A stretch of DNA of 64,000 nt, from NCBI RefSeq assembly GCF_003334305.1, contig NZ_QOWS01000002.1, one strand, 5' to 3'. Shown piece after piece: positions 9,877 to 20,135 of the stretch. This DNA comes from Escherichia coli. GTDB taxonomy: Bacteria > Pseudomonadota > Gammaproteobacteria > Enterobacterales > Enterobacteriaceae. The position numbers were made by a program, and so were the translations under genes. Position 1 is the stretch's first letter, and each line of letters begins with the position of its first letter. The notes beneath the pieces were generated by a model. That model ran no database searches. It had not been told where the DNA came from and saw nothing but the letters and a program-made list of their open reading frames with translations.

Positions 9877-12800
9877 TTAATCGGTGTTGCTTTTTTCCGC
9901 TTTTCCGGCCATTTGTGCCAGGAAGTCATAGCGTTTTTGCAAATCAGCTGCAGCATCTTTCCATAACTGTTCTGCCACTTCTGGCTGCTGCGAATTCAGC
10001 CGACGGAAACGTTGCTCGTGAAGTAACGTTTCTTCCAGTGCTACTGACGGCGGGCGTGAATCCAGCGCCAGCGGCAGTTTGCCTTCATCGGCACGACGCG
10101 GATCGAAGCGATATAGCGGCCAGAAGCCGGTAGCTGTGAGTTGGCGCATCTGGTCGTGGCTGAGTGCCAGATCGTAACCATGCTCTTCACATGGGCTATA
10201 AGCGATGATCAGCGATGGCCCCGGATACGCTTCCGCTTCCTGAATCGCTTTCACCGTCTGGTTGAGCTGCGCGCCGAGAGAAATCTGCGCCACATAAACA
10301 TGACCGTACATCATCATACTGACGCCAAGATCTTTACGCGCTTTACGTTTGCCGTGCTCGCCAAATTTAGTTACTGCACCCAGCGGTGTCGCTTTCGACG
10401 CCTGACCACCGGTGTTGGAATAGCATTGCGTATCCAGCACCAGAATGTTGACGTTTTCCGTCAAACTCAATACATGATCCAGACCGCCAAAGCCGATATC
10501 GTAAGCCCAGCCGTCGCCACCAATCAGCCAGATTGATTTTTCCACCAGTGCATCTGCGTCACGCAGCAGTTCATGTGCTTCGGCAACATCGTTGAGTTGC
10601 TGGCGTAAAGCTGCGACCTGTTCTCGACGAACCTCTGGCGTAGCGTCTGATTTCAACGCTGTCAGTAATTCCGCCGGGATTTTATCGGCAAATTGATCCA
10701 GCAGACGCAGCACGCGGACACGGTGTTGATCGACCGTCAGGCGGAAACCAAGGCCAAATTCGGCATTATCTTCAAACAGAGAGTTCGCCCATGCCGGCCC
10801 ACGACCGTTGGCATCGGTGGTATACGGTGTAGAGGGCAGGTTACCGCCATAAATTGAAGAACAGCCGGTGGCGTTAGCGATCAACATCCGGTCGCCATAG
10901 AGCTGAGTCAGCAATTTAATATACGGCGTCTCGCCACAACCGGAGCAAGCACCTGAATATTCAAACAGCGGTGTAATCAGCTGCGATGTACGAATATCAA
11001 TACGTTCCAGTTTGCTACGGTCGATTTCTGGCAGGTTGAGGAAGAAATCGTAATTGATTTTCTCTTCTTCGACATGTTCCAGGCGCGACATCATATTGAT
11101 GGCTTTAATCTCTGGATTCTGACGGTCTTTCGCCGGGCAAACTTCGACGCACAGGTTACAACCGGTGCAATCTTCCGGAGCCACCTGCAAGACATATTTC
11201 TGCCCGCGCATATCACGCGATTTCACATCCAGCGAATGCAGGCTGGCAGGGGCGTTTTCCATCGCTTCAGGCGGCACCACTTTTGCGCGAATAGCTGAGT
11301 GTGGGCAAGCGGCAACGCAGTGGTTACATTGGGTACAGAGTTCCTCTTTCCAGATGGGGATCTCTTCGGCGATATTGCGTTTTTCCCAGCGAGTGGTGCC
11401 CATCGGCCAGGTGCCGTCTGGCGGCAGCGCCGAAACGGGGAGGGCATCACCAAGCCCTGCGAGCATCGCTGCGGTTACGGTTTTCACGAAATCAGGGGCG
11501 GCATCGGAAACCACTGGCGGTCGATTGGCGCTGTGCGGATTTACCGGTTGCAACGGAACTTCTTCTACGGATTCACGCGCCAGCGCCAGAGCCTGCCAGT
11601 TGCGTTCCACCAGATCCTGGCCTTTGCTACTGTAACTTTTGGCAATCGCACCCTGCAATTCTGCGAGGGCGCTATCGCCAGGCAGAATTTGCGTCAGATG
11701 GAAAAAAGCCATCTGCATGACGGTATTAATACGGGCCGCCAGGCCACATTCGCGGGCGATTTTCGCCGCGTTAATCACATAGAAGCGCGCTTTTTTCTGA
11801 TTTAGCACGGCCTGAACTTCCTGCGGCAAGCGCGACCACACTTCATCTGCGCTGTACGGCGTGTTGAGCAGGAAAATGCCGCCAGGTTTTAAACGCTCAG
11901 CCATCTGATATTTATCGATAAACTGCAACTGGTGGCAGCCAACAAAATCAGCCTGGGAAATGAGATAAGCGGAACGAATCGGCTGTTCGCTCACGCGAAG
12001 GTGAGAAACCGTCAGGCCGCCCGCCTTTTTGGAGTCGTAAACAAAATAGCCCTGTGCGTACCACGGCGTGGAATTACCGATAATCTTGATATTGTTTTTG
12101 GTCGCGGAAACGCTGCCATCACTACCAAGGCCATAAAACAAGGCTTCCAGTTTCGCCGAGTTTGGCAGGGTGTTTTCCGGCAACGGCAGTGACAGATTGG
12201 TCACATCATCGTAAATACCAACCGTAAAGCGCGCTTTCGGTTTAGCCGCGTTGAGCTCGGCAAATACCGCCAGTACACAGTCCGGGCCAAATTCTTTGGA
12301 TGAAAGACCATAGCGCCCACCAATGACACGGGGCAGAGTTTCGCGCTCGCCATTATTAAAGGCTTCTGCCAGTGCGGTCATTACATCCAGATAGAGCGGT
12401 TCTGCCTGGGCACCGGGTTCTTTGGTTCTGTCCAGTACCGCCACGCTGCGTACGGATCCCGGCAGAGCTTGCAGCAAGTGTTTGGCGGAGAAGGGACGGT
12501 ACAGGCGAACTTTCAGCACGCCAACTTTTTCGCCACGGGTTAGCAATTCATCAACCACTTCTTCACAGGTGCCAATGGCAGAGCCCATCAGGATAATCAC
12601 CCGTTCCGCTTGCGGATGCCCGTAATATTCAAACGGCTGATACTGACGACCTGTCGCGGCAGAGAAATCATTCATCGCCTGTTCAACATGGTCATAGACC
12701 GCGTCGTACCATGGGTTGGTGGCTTCGCGAGACTGGAAATAAGTGTCAGGATTGGCGGACGTACCGCGGATCACCGGATGTTCCGGGTTGAGCGCCCGGG

Positions 12801-13401
12801 CGCGATGAGCATCAATTTCGGCCTGCGGCATGAGATCAAGAATAGTGTCATCGGCCAGCGGGACAATTTTATTGATTTCGTGGGACGTGCGGAAACCATC
12901 AAAGAAATGAATAAATGGCACGCGGCTCTTCAGCGTTGCGATGTGCGAAATGAGAGCAAAATCTTGCGCTTCCTGGACGTTAGCCGCACACAACATCGCG
13001 CAACCCGTCTGGCGCACCGCCATAACGTCGGAATGATCGCCAAAAATAGAAAGTGCATGTGTGGCAACGGTACGTGCCGCTACATGCAGGACAAATGGCG
13101 TCAGTTCGCCTGCCAGTTTGTACAGCGTCGGGATCATCAGCAGCAAACCCTGCGATGACGTAAACGATGTTGAAAGGGCACCCGTCTGCAAAGCGCCATG
13201 CACGGTAGCGATAGCACCCGCTTCCGACTGCATTTCAACTACGCGTGGTGTGTCTCCCCAAACGTTCTTTAAGCCGTTTCCGGCCCAGGCATCAGCCTGT
13301 TCTGCCATCGTGGAACTGGGGGTAATAGGGTAGATGGCGATAACTTCACTGGTGCGAAATGCGACCGAAGCAACCGCGCCATTACCGTCAATAGTAATCA
13401 T
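9877..13401 (-). CDS. ydbK: pyruvate:flavodoxin/ferredoxin oxidoreductase
   Basis: 1174 aa; two 4Fe-4S motifs (CTQCNHCVAACP, CTGCNLCVEVCP) and TPP-binding GDGWAYDIG. Confidence 0.95.
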   Translation of the reverse strand: MITIDGNGAVASVAFRTSEVIAIYPITPSSTMAEQADAWAGNGLKNVWGDTPRVVEMQSEAGAIATVHGALQTGALSTSFTSSQGLLLMIPTLYKLAGELTPFVLHVAARTVATHALSIFGDHSDVMAVRQTGCAMLCAANVQEAQDFALISHIATLKSRVPFIHFFDGFRTSHEINKIVPLADDTILDLMPQAEIDAHRARALNPEHPVIRGTSANPDTYFQSREATNPWYDAVYDHVEQAMNDFSAATGRQYQPFEYYGHPQAERVIILMGSAIGTCEEVVDELLTRGEKVGVLKVRLYRPFSAKHLLQALPGSVRSVAVLDRTKEPGAQAEPLYLDVMTALAEAFNNGERETLPRVIGGRYGLSSKEFGPDCVLAVFAELNAAKPKARFTVGIYDDVTNLSLPLPENTLPNSAKLEALFYGLGSDGSVSATKNNIKIIGNSTPWYAQGYFVYDSKKAGGLTVSHLRVSEQPIRSAYLISQADFVGCHQLQFIDKYQMAERLKPGGIFLLNTPYSADEVWSRLPQEVQAVLNQKKARFYVINAAKIARECGLAARINTVMQMAFFHLTQILPGDSALAELQGAIAKSYSSKGQDLVERNWQALALARESVEEVPLQPVNPHSANRPPVVSDAAPDFVKTVTAAMLAGLGDALPVSALPPDGTWPMGTTRWEKRNIAEEIPIWKEELCTQCNHCVAACPHSAIRAKVVPPEAMENAPASLHSLDVKSRDMRGQKYVLQVAPEDCTGCNLCVEVCPAKDRQNPEIKAINMMSRLEHVEEEKINYDFFLNLPEIDRSKLERIDIRTSQLITPLFEYSGACSGCGETPYIKLLTQLYGDRMLIANATGCSSIYGGNLPSTPYTTDANGRGPAWANSLFEDNAEFGLGFRLTVDQHRVRVLRLLDQFADKIPAELLTALKSDATPEVRREQVAALRQQLNDVAEAHELLRDADALVEKSIWLIGGDGWAYDIGFGGLDHVLSLTENVNILVLDTQCYSNTGGQASKATPLGAVTKFGEHGKRKARKDLGVSMMMYGHVYVAQISLGAQLNQTVKAIQEAEAYPGPSLIIAYSPCEEHGYDLALSHDQMRQLTATGFWPLYRFDPRRADEGKLPLALDSRPPSVALEETLLHEQRFRRLNSQQPEVAEQLWKDAAADLQKRYDFLAQMAGKAEKSNTD

Positions 13402-13674
13402 ATGACACCCTTACATTGCGCAAATGAGGGGCGCACGAAATTGCTGCGCGCCCAGTAGTAATCTTTCAATTTTAGCAAATGGCTTTCTTCTGCATTTTCG
13501 CTTTTGTGTCCCCCACATCAGCGTAATGAATGTTTTGATCAAACAGAGGGCAAAAAAATAGCCATAAAAAAGTAAAAATGCGGGGCAACGCGCAGGACAG
13601 CTCTCGACGCCGCCCTCTGTGCTGCCTATTATTTATGGCGGTGTCGTTTGGCTTGAAGATCAGAGGAAGAAAAG

Positions 13675-13941
13675 ATGCGAGCAGCGTTTTGGGTAGGGTG
13701 TGCCGCTTTATTGTTGTCGGCGTGTAGTAGTGAGCCTGTTCAGCAGGCGACTGCGGCGCACGTAGCGCCAGGTTTAAAAGCGTCGATGTCCAGTAGTGGA
13801 GAAGCAAATTGTGCAATGATCGGCGGTTCGCTTTCTGTTGCCCGTCAACTGGATGGTACGGCGATTGGGATGTGTGCATTACCCAACGGCAAACGCTGTA
13901 GTGAACAGTCACTTGCCGCCGGGAGCTGTGGCAGCTATTAA
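13675..13941 (+). CDS. ydbJ: DUF333 lipoprotein
   Basis: 88 aa with lipobox LLSAC; SD GAGGAAG upstream. Confidence 0.8.
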   Translation: MRAAFWVGCAALLLSACSSEPVQQATAAHVAPGLKASMSSSGEANCAMIGGSLSVARQLDGTAIGMCALPNGKRCSEQSLAAGSCGSY

Positions 13942-14360
13942 TTCATTAAATCCGCCAGCTTATAAGTTAATGTCTGTTTCGCGGTCGCCAGCGTTAACTG
14001 GTTCGCGGTCAGATCCACTTGTGCACCTTCTTTCAGCATTTCGCTAATGGTGTTATCGAGTTCATTAAGCTGCGGGTTAGCGCACATCATACGGGTCATT
14101 GCCAGCCCTTTGGCTGTCAGTTCACCATTAGACAGTTTGCCTTCACCGCTAAAGCGGTTACACATGCTGCCGGAAATCATCATTTTTTCACCAAAGCTGA
14201 TTTCTGGCGGATTTTTATCGCTGGTCACGGGCTTACCGTTTACGCTTTCCAGCACAAAGCGATGATGCTGTAACTGTTCTGGCGTTACAGCAATTTTGTC
14301 ACTACTTACACATCCCGCCATCAGCAGGCTTAGCGCAACAAGCGCGGCTACTTTCTTCAT
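13938..14360 (-). CDS. hslJ: heat-shock lipoprotein HslJ
   Basis: Lipoprotein signal MKKVAALVALSLLMAGC; META domain protein. Confidence 0.85.
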   Translation of the reverse strand: MKKVAALVALSLLMAGCVSSDKIAVTPEQLQHHRFVLESVNGKPVTSDKNPPEISFGEKMMISGSMCNRFSGEGKLSNGELTAKGLAMTRMMCANPQLNELDNTISEMLKEGAQVDLTANQLTLATAKQTLTYKLADLMN

Positions 14361-14470
14361 TGTGGTTCTCAATTACAGTTTCTGACTCAGGGCTATTTTA
14401 AGAATAGAGGATGAAAGGTCTTTGGGGATTATCTGAATAAGCTCCCCTGGAATGCAGGGGAGCGGCAAGA

Positions 14471-15460
14471 TTAAACCAGTTCGTTCGGGCAGGTTTCGCC
14501 TTTTTCCAGATTGCTTAAGTTTTGCAGCGTAGTCTGAGAAATACTGGTCAGAGCTTCTGCTGTCAGGAATGCCTGATGCCCGGTAAACAGCACGTTGTGG
14601 CAGGCAGACAGGCGACGGAATACGTCATCCTGAATTACGTCGTTGGATTTATCTTCAAAGAACAGATCGCGTTCGTTCTCATATACGTCCATACCCAACG
14701 AACCAATTTTCTGATTTTTCAGCGCTTCAATTGCCGCCTGAGAATCAATCAATGCACCGCGACTGGTATTGACGATCATCACGCCATTTTTCATCTGATC
14801 GAAGGCGGCTTCGTTCAACAGATGGTAGTTTTCCGGTGTCAGCGGGCAGTGCAGAGAGATAACGTCTGATTCAGAGAACAGGGTTGGCAGATCGACATAC
14901 TCCACACCGAGTTCCAGCGCCGCCGCACTTGGATACGGATCGAACGCCAGCAGACGCATACCAAAACCTTTCAGAATGCGCAGCATCGCCACACCGATTT
15001 TACCGGTACCGATAACGCCTGCCGTTTTGCCATACATAGTAAAGCCGGTCAGACCTTCCAGAGAGAAGTTAGCGTCACGGGTACGCTGATACGCGCGGTG
15101 AATACGGCGGTTCAGCGTCATCATCATACCGATGGCGTGTTCAGCAACGGCCTCTGGATCATAGGCTGGAACACGGACTACTTTCAGCCCCAGTTCTTTT
15201 GCCGCGTCAAGGTCGACGTTATTGAAACCGGCACAGCGCAGGGCGATATATTTAACGCCGTGCTTTTTCAGCTCTTCCAGCACCGGGCGGCTGCCGTCAT
15301 CGTTTACGAAAATACATACCGCTTCGCAGCCATTGGCAGTTTTAGCGGTTTTTTCCGTCAGCAGAAAGTCAAAAAATTCCAGCTCAAAGCCAAAGGACTC
15401 GTTCACCTGTTGCAGGTACTTCTTGTCGTACTGTTTTGTGCTATAAACGGCGAGTTTCAT
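14471..15460 (-). CDS. ldhA: fermentative D-lactate dehydrogenase
   Basis: 329 aa; D-2-hydroxyacid dehydrogenase NAD-binding GVIGTGKIGVAM. Confidence 0.95.
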   Translation of the reverse strand: MKLAVYSTKQYDKKYLQQVNESFGFELEFFDFLLTEKTAKTANGCEAVCIFVNDDGSRPVLEELKKHGVKYIALRCAGFNNVDLDAAKELGLKVVRVPAYDPEAVAEHAIGMMMTLNRRIHRAYQRTRDANFSLEGLTGFTMYGKTAGVIGTGKIGVAMLRILKGFGMRLLAFDPYPSAAALELGVEYVDLPTLFSESDVISLHCPLTPENYHLLNEAAFDQMKNGVMIVNTSRGALIDSQAAIEALKNQKIGSLGMDVYENERDLFFEDKSNDVIQDDVFRRLSACHNVLFTGHQAFLTAEALTSISQTTLQNLSNLEKGETCPNELV

Positions 15461-15667
15461 AAGACTTTCTCCAGTGATGTTGAATCACATTTAAGCTACT
15501 AAAAATATTTTACAAAATTTCAAATATAATTGAAAGCTATGGCGATATTGAAAAATTCATCAACAACTATGCTTAGTGTAGGCGCAACCTTCAACTGAAC
15601 GGTTAAACATGCCACAATACCCGTATTGAATGCTTAATTTTTCGCTAAATCAGGATATTAACTACCC

Positions 15668-18307
15668 ATGCTGGGTAAATATAAAGCCGTTCTCGCGCTG
15701 TTATTACTGATTATTCTTGTGCCGTTGACGCTGCTGATGACGCTCGGGCTGTGGGTTCCCACGCTGGCGGGCATCTGGCTACCGCTCGGGACACGTATTG
15801 CATTAGATGAAAGCCCACGCATTACGCGTAAAGGTTTAATCATTCCCGATCTCCGTTATCTGGTGGGAGATTGTCAGCTTGCGCATATCACCAACGCCAG
15901 CCTTTCACATCCCAGCCGCTGGTTATTGAACGTCGGCATGGTAGAACTTGATTCTGCTTGTCTGGCGAAATTGCCGCAGACGGAGCAATCGCCAGCTGCT
16001 CCAAAAACCCTCGCGCAGTGGCAGTCCATGCTGCCTAACACCTGGATCAATATCGATAAACTGATTTTTTCTCCCTGGCAGGAATGGCAGGGAAAACTCT
16101 CTCTCGCATTAACCTCTGATATCCAGCAACTGCGTTATCAGGGCGAAAAAGTTAAATTTCAAGGCCAGCTGAAAGGGCAACAACTTACAGTCAGCGAACT
16201 GGATGTCGTCGCGTTTGAAAATCAGCCGCCGGTTAAACTGGTGGGGGAATTTACTATGCCGCTCGTGCCGGATGGACTTCCTGTAAGTGGGCATGCTACT
16301 GCGACGTTAAACTTGCCGCAGGAACCGTCACTGGTGGATGCAGAGCTGGACTGGCAGGAAAATAGCGGGCAATTGATTGTGCTGGCACGGGATAACGGCG
16401 ATCCGTTGCTCGATTTGCCGTGGCAAATTACTCGTCAACAATTGACCGTAAGCGATGGTCGCTGGAGCTGGCCGTATGCAGGTTTTCCTTTGAGTGGCCG
16501 ACTGGGTGTCAAAGTCGACAACTGGCAGGCAGGGCTCGAGAACGCTCTGGTCAGCGGGCGACTGAGTGTGCTGACCCAGGGGCAAGCGGGTAAAGGCAAC
16601 GCGGTGCTTAATTTTGGTCCAGGAAAATTAAGCATGGAAAAAAGTCAGATGCCACTGCAACTGACCGGTGAAGCGAAACAGGCGGACCTCATTTTATATG
16701 CCCGCTTACCCGCGCAGCTAAGTGGAAGTCTGACTGACCCAACGCTGGCCTTTGAGCCCGGCGCGTTATTACGTTCGAAGGGAAGAGTCATCGATTCGCT
16801 GGACATCGATGAAATCCGCTGGCCTTTAGCGGGTGTAAAAGTCACCCAACGTGGTGTTGACGGACGTTTGCAGGCCATTTTGCAGGCGCATGAAAATGAA
16901 CTGGGCGATTTCGTGCTGCATATGGATGGGCTGGCGAATGATTTTCTCCCTGACGCTGGCCGCTGGCAGTGGCGCTACTGGGGAAAAGGCAGTTTTACAC
17001 CGATGAATGCCACCTGGGATGTTGCAGGAAAAGGTGAGTGGCATGACAGCACGATTACGCTGACCGATCTCTCCACCGGTTTCGACCAGTTACAATACGG
17101 TACGATGACGGTAGAAAAGCCGCGATTAATTCTCGACAAGCCCGTCGTCTGGGTACGTGACGCACAGCATCCCTCCTTCAGCGGCGCGCTGTCACTGGAC
17201 GCCGGGCAAACGCTGTTCACTGGCGGCAGTGTGTTACCGCCATCAACCTTAAAATTTAGCGTCGATGGGCGCGATCCGACGTATTTCCTCTTTAAAGGCG
17301 ATTTACATGCTGGTGAGATTGGCCCGGTTCGGGTAAATGGTCGCTGGGACGGTATTCGTCTGCGCGGTAACGCCTGGTGGCCAAAACAATCACTGACTGT
17401 ATTCCAGCCGCTGGTGCCACCCGACTGGAAGATGAACTTACGCGATGGTGAACTGTATGCTCAGGTTGCATTTTCTGCTGCGCCTGAACAAGGATTCCGC
17501 GCGGGAGGACACGGCGTGTTGAAAGGCGGTAGTGCCTGGATGCCAGATAATCAGGTTAACGGTGTCGATTTTGTCCTGCCTTTCCGTTTTGCCGATGGAG
17601 CCTGGCATCTGGGGACTCGCGGCCCCGTTACGTTGCGAATTGCCGAAGTGATTAATCTGGTGACAGCGAAAAATATTACGGCTGATTTGCAAGGGCGTTA
17701 TCCGTGGACTGAAGAAGAACCCTTGCTGTTGACTGATGTTAGCGTCGATGTGTTAGGCGGTAACGTACTGATGAAACAATTACGTATGCCGCAACATGAC
17801 CCGGCGCTGTTGCGGCTGAATAATCTCTCATCCAGCGAACTGGTTAGCGCCGTCAATCCGAAACAATTCGCCATGTCCGGGGCATTTAGTGGTGCATTGC
17901 CGTTATGGCTAAACAACGAAAAATGGATAGTGAAAGATGGTTGGCTGGCAAATAGCGGGCCAATGACCTTGCGGCTGGATAAAGACACCGCAGATGCGGT
18001 GGTGAAAGACAATATGACTGCGGGTTCAGCAATTAACTGGTTGCGCTATATGGAAATTAGCCGGTCATCGACAAAAATTAACTTAGATAATCTCGGTTTA
18101 TTAACCATGCAGGCCAACATTACAGGTACCAGTCGCGTTGATGGTAAAAGCGGTACGGTAAACCTTAATTACTATCATGAAGAGAATATTTTTACGCTGT
18201 GGCGCAGTTTACGCTTTGGCGATAATCTCCAGGCATGGTTGGAGCAGAACGCACGTCTGCCGGGAAATGACTGTCCGCAAGGAAAAGAGTGTGAGGAAAA
18301 ACAATGA
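15668..18307 (+). CDS. ydbH: AsmA-like inner-membrane-anchored periplasm-spanning protein
   Basis: 879 aa; N-terminal TM helix then long beta-rich region; stop overlaps ynbE start (ATGA). Confidence 0.9.
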   Translation: MLGKYKAVLALLLLIILVPLTLLMTLGLWVPTLAGIWLPLGTRIALDESPRITRKGLIIPDLRYLVGDCQLAHITNASLSHPSRWLLNVGMVELDSACLAKLPQTEQSPAAPKTLAQWQSMLPNTWINIDKLIFSPWQEWQGKLSLALTSDIQQLRYQGEKVKFQGQLKGQQLTVSELDVVAFENQPPVKLVGEFTMPLVPDGLPVSGHATATLNLPQEPSLVDAELDWQENSGQLIVLARDNGDPLLDLPWQITRQQLTVSDGRWSWPYAGFPLSGRLGVKVDNWQAGLENALVSGRLSVLTQGQAGKGNAVLNFGPGKLSMEKSQMPLQLTGEAKQADLILYARLPAQLSGSLTDPTLAFEPGALLRSKGRVIDSLDIDEIRWPLAGVKVTQRGVDGRLQAILQAHENELGDFVLHMDGLANDFLPDAGRWQWRYWGKGSFTPMNATWDVAGKGEWHDSTITLTDLSTGFDQLQYGTMTVEKPRLILDKPVVWVRDAQHPSFSGALSLDAGQTLFTGGSVLPPSTLKFSVDGRDPTYFLFKGDLHAGEIGPVRVNGRWDGIRLRGNAWWPKQSLTVFQPLVPPDWKMNLRDGELYAQVAFSAAPEQGFRAGGHGVLKGGSAWMPDNQVNGVDFVLPFRFADGAWHLGTRGPVTLRIAEVINLVTAKNITADLQGRYPWTEEEPLLLTDVSVDVLGGNVLMKQLRMPQHDPALLRLNNLSSSELVSAVNPKQFAMSGAFSGALPLWLNNEKWIVKDGWLANSGPMTLRLDKDTADAVVKDNMTAGSAINWLRYMEISRSSTKINLDNLGLLTMQANITGTSRVDGKSGTVNLNYYHEENIFTLWRSLRFGDNLQAWLEQNARLPGNDCPQGKECEEKQ

Positions 18308-18489
18308 AAATTTTACTGGCTGCGTTGACGTCATCTTTTATGCTGGCTGCCTGTACGCCGCGTATTGAAGTCGCTGCGCCCAAGGAACCGATCACTATCA
18401 ATATGAACGTTAAAATTGAGCATGAGATCATCATCAAGGCAGACAAAGATGTCGAAGAGCTGCTTGAAACTCGTAGCGATCTTTTCTGA
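18304..18489 (+). CDS. ynbE: small lipoprotein
   Basis: 61 aa with lipobox LAAC; translationally coupled to ydbH. Confidence 0.8.
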   Translation: MKILLAALTSSFMLAACTPRIEVAAPKEPITINMNVKIEHEIIIKADKDVEELLETRSDLF

Positions 18490-18493
18490 GGCG

Positions 18494-18823
18494 ATGATGA
18501 AGAAAACATTACTTCTTTGTGCGTTTCTTGTTGGGCTGGTAAGCAGCAATGTAATGGCATTGACTCTGGATGAAGCCAGAACTCAGGGGCGGGTAGGTGA
18601 AACATTTTATGGTTATCTGGTTGCGCTGAAAACGGATGCTGAAACAGAGAAATTAGTAACCGACATTAATGCCGAACGTAAAGCGAGTTACCAACAACTG
18701 GCAAAGCAAAATAATGTGTCTGTAGATGATATCGCGAAACTCGCCGGGCAAAAGCTCGTAGCTCGGGCCAAACCGGGGGAATATGTACAAGGGATAAACG
18801 GTAAATGGGTGCGAAAATTTTAA
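18494..18823 (+). CDS. ydbL: DUF1318 periplasmic protein
   Basis: Signal peptide MMKKTLLLCAFLVGLVSSNVMA; starts 4 nt after ynbE stop. Confidence 0.8.
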   Translation: MMKKTLLLCAFLVGLVSSNVMALTLDEARTQGRVGETFYGYLVALKTDAETEKLVTDINAERKASYQQLAKQNNVSVDDIAKLAGQKLVARAKPGEYVQGINGKWVRKF

Positions 18824-18959
18824 TAGCAAAACCGCAATATCGGGATAACGCTACAGGAGAAAGCGATTGATCTATTTTCCTGAAACAAGGTGAATATTCA
18901 AAAACTCCTGTCAAATTGCCTTTCGCCCTGAAAAATGCATAGTCAAATATCTGTTTTAA

Positions 18960-18994
18960 CTAATTGGCGTTGCAGTACACACAACGCCAATTAG
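18960..18994. terminator. perfect 13-bp-stem hairpin abutting feaR stop
   Basis: CTAATTGGCGTTG-cagtacaca-CAACGCCAATTAG; no strong U-tract, so may be a stabiliser/terminator or protein site. Confidence 0.4.
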
Positions 18995-19900
18995 TTAGCG
19001 GAATTTACGTCGATACTCGCCTGGCGTCATCCCAAAGCGTTGCTTAAATACCGTTGAAAAATGACTCTGGTCAGAAAATCCCCAATGAAAGCCGATGCCT
19101 GCCAGTTTTTCATCATCTGCGGCATGGCGAATCGCATCTGCACAAAAATCGAGACGACGGTTACGAATATATTGCGCGACTACCAAACCTTTATCGGCAA
19201 ACATTCGGTACAAACTACGTACTGACATACCTGTCTCTCCGGCTATCCACTCCGGGCGTAATATCTCTTCGCGAATATTATCGTCTATCAACGTAACCAC
19301 TTTTTGAAACTGACGTTCACGACGAGGTTGAACAGATTCCCGCTGATGAAGTACCGGGCGCAGCAGACACACCATCGCCTGTAGCGCAGCTTCACTTTCT
19401 GTTTCAGAAAGTGCCGGATTATTCATGCTCTCCTGTAACAGGCGATGACTGAGTTGCACCATGGGTAAGTCAGCGTCCAGTCTTTCTGCGCAGACAGGTT
19501 TTTGATGGGGAAAATATTGTTCCAGCAGAGTGCGTGGCAAAAGTAATGAAATCTGTTTAGAAGACTCCTGCCAGTAAAGCGAACAGGGGCGTGAGGCATC
19601 GAGTAACGTAATATCGCCAGCGCCAATCTGCACCTGACGCTCATCCTGCTCCATTATTGCCTGACCACTAAGCTGAAAAACGGTGTAAAACCAGGCATCG
19701 TCGCTGCCTTTTACCTCCTGCCAGGTGCGGGATAAATTCACCCCGCTGGTTGTCACGGTACTCAGCTTTAGTCCTTTGGCAAAATGCGTGTCCAGTACAC
19801 CCGTGTAACGCTCAGTCAGCAGGCGTCCGGTAAAATTTCCGCATACCTGATTGATTTGGGAAAGCCATTGCTGAAACTCATTATCCATTGCGGGGTTCAT
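18995..19900 (-). CDS. feaR: AraC-family activator of tynA/feaB
   Basis: 301 aa; C-terminal AraC HTH (IAGETGMSVRSLYRMF...). Confidence 0.9.
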   Translation of the reverse strand: MNPAMDNEFQQWLSQINQVCGNFTGRLLTERYTGVLDTHFAKGLKLSTVTTSGVNLSRTWQEVKGSDDAWFYTVFQLSGQAIMEQDERQVQIGAGDITLLDASRPCSLYWQESSKQISLLLPRTLLEQYFPHQKPVCAERLDADLPMVQLSHRLLQESMNNPALSETESEAALQAMVCLLRPVLHQRESVQPRRERQFQKVVTLIDDNIREEILRPEWIAGETGMSVRSLYRMFADKGLVVAQYIRNRRLDFCADAIRHAADDEKLAGIGFHWGFSDQSHFSTVFKQRFGMTPGEYRRKFR

Positions 19901-20019
19901 GGCACGTTTTCGCTCTGTGAAATGTATTTTTATTGTTGCATTTGTGTTGCAATAAACGAAGCTAATGAGCCTGACTATAGGAAATAAGTCTTGTCAGGCA
20001 TAGAGACATAAGCGGTTAT

Positions 20020-20092
20020 TGTCACGATTTGCGGAGCTTGTCACAGCTGACAAAGCGAATGTCACAGCGAAAAAAGTGACTTTTCTTGTCGC
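20020..20092 (+). promoter_or_regulatory. phased TGTCAC repeats in feaB promoter (putative FeaR site)
   Basis: TGTCAC at 20020, 20040, 20060 (exact 20-bp phasing), inverted GTGAC at 20076 and TGTCGC at 20087, upstream of feaB. Confidence 0.4.
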
Positions 20093-20135
20093 TGCGTACA
20101 CTGAAATCACACTGGGTAAATAATAAGGAAAAGTG

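Noticed and set aside
9877-13401. Multiple 60-180 aa plus-strand ORFs inside ydbK (for example 11299-11805, 12610-13158)
   Set aside because: All are antisense or out of frame relative to the 1174-aa pyruvate:flavodoxin oxidoreductase frame, which is supported by Fe-S and TPP motifs.
13472-13912. 146-aa minus-strand ORF opposite ydbJ
   Set aside because: Overlaps the ydbK-ydbJ divergent promoter region and ydbJ on the other strand; no recognisable domain; ydbJ has lipobox and SD support.
19991-20092. Possible CRISPR-like or tandem repeat array from the regularly spaced TGTCAC hexamers
   Set aside because: Repeats are only 6 bp with 20-bp phasing in a promoter, with no longer repeat-spacer structure and no cas genes; better explained as activator binding sites.
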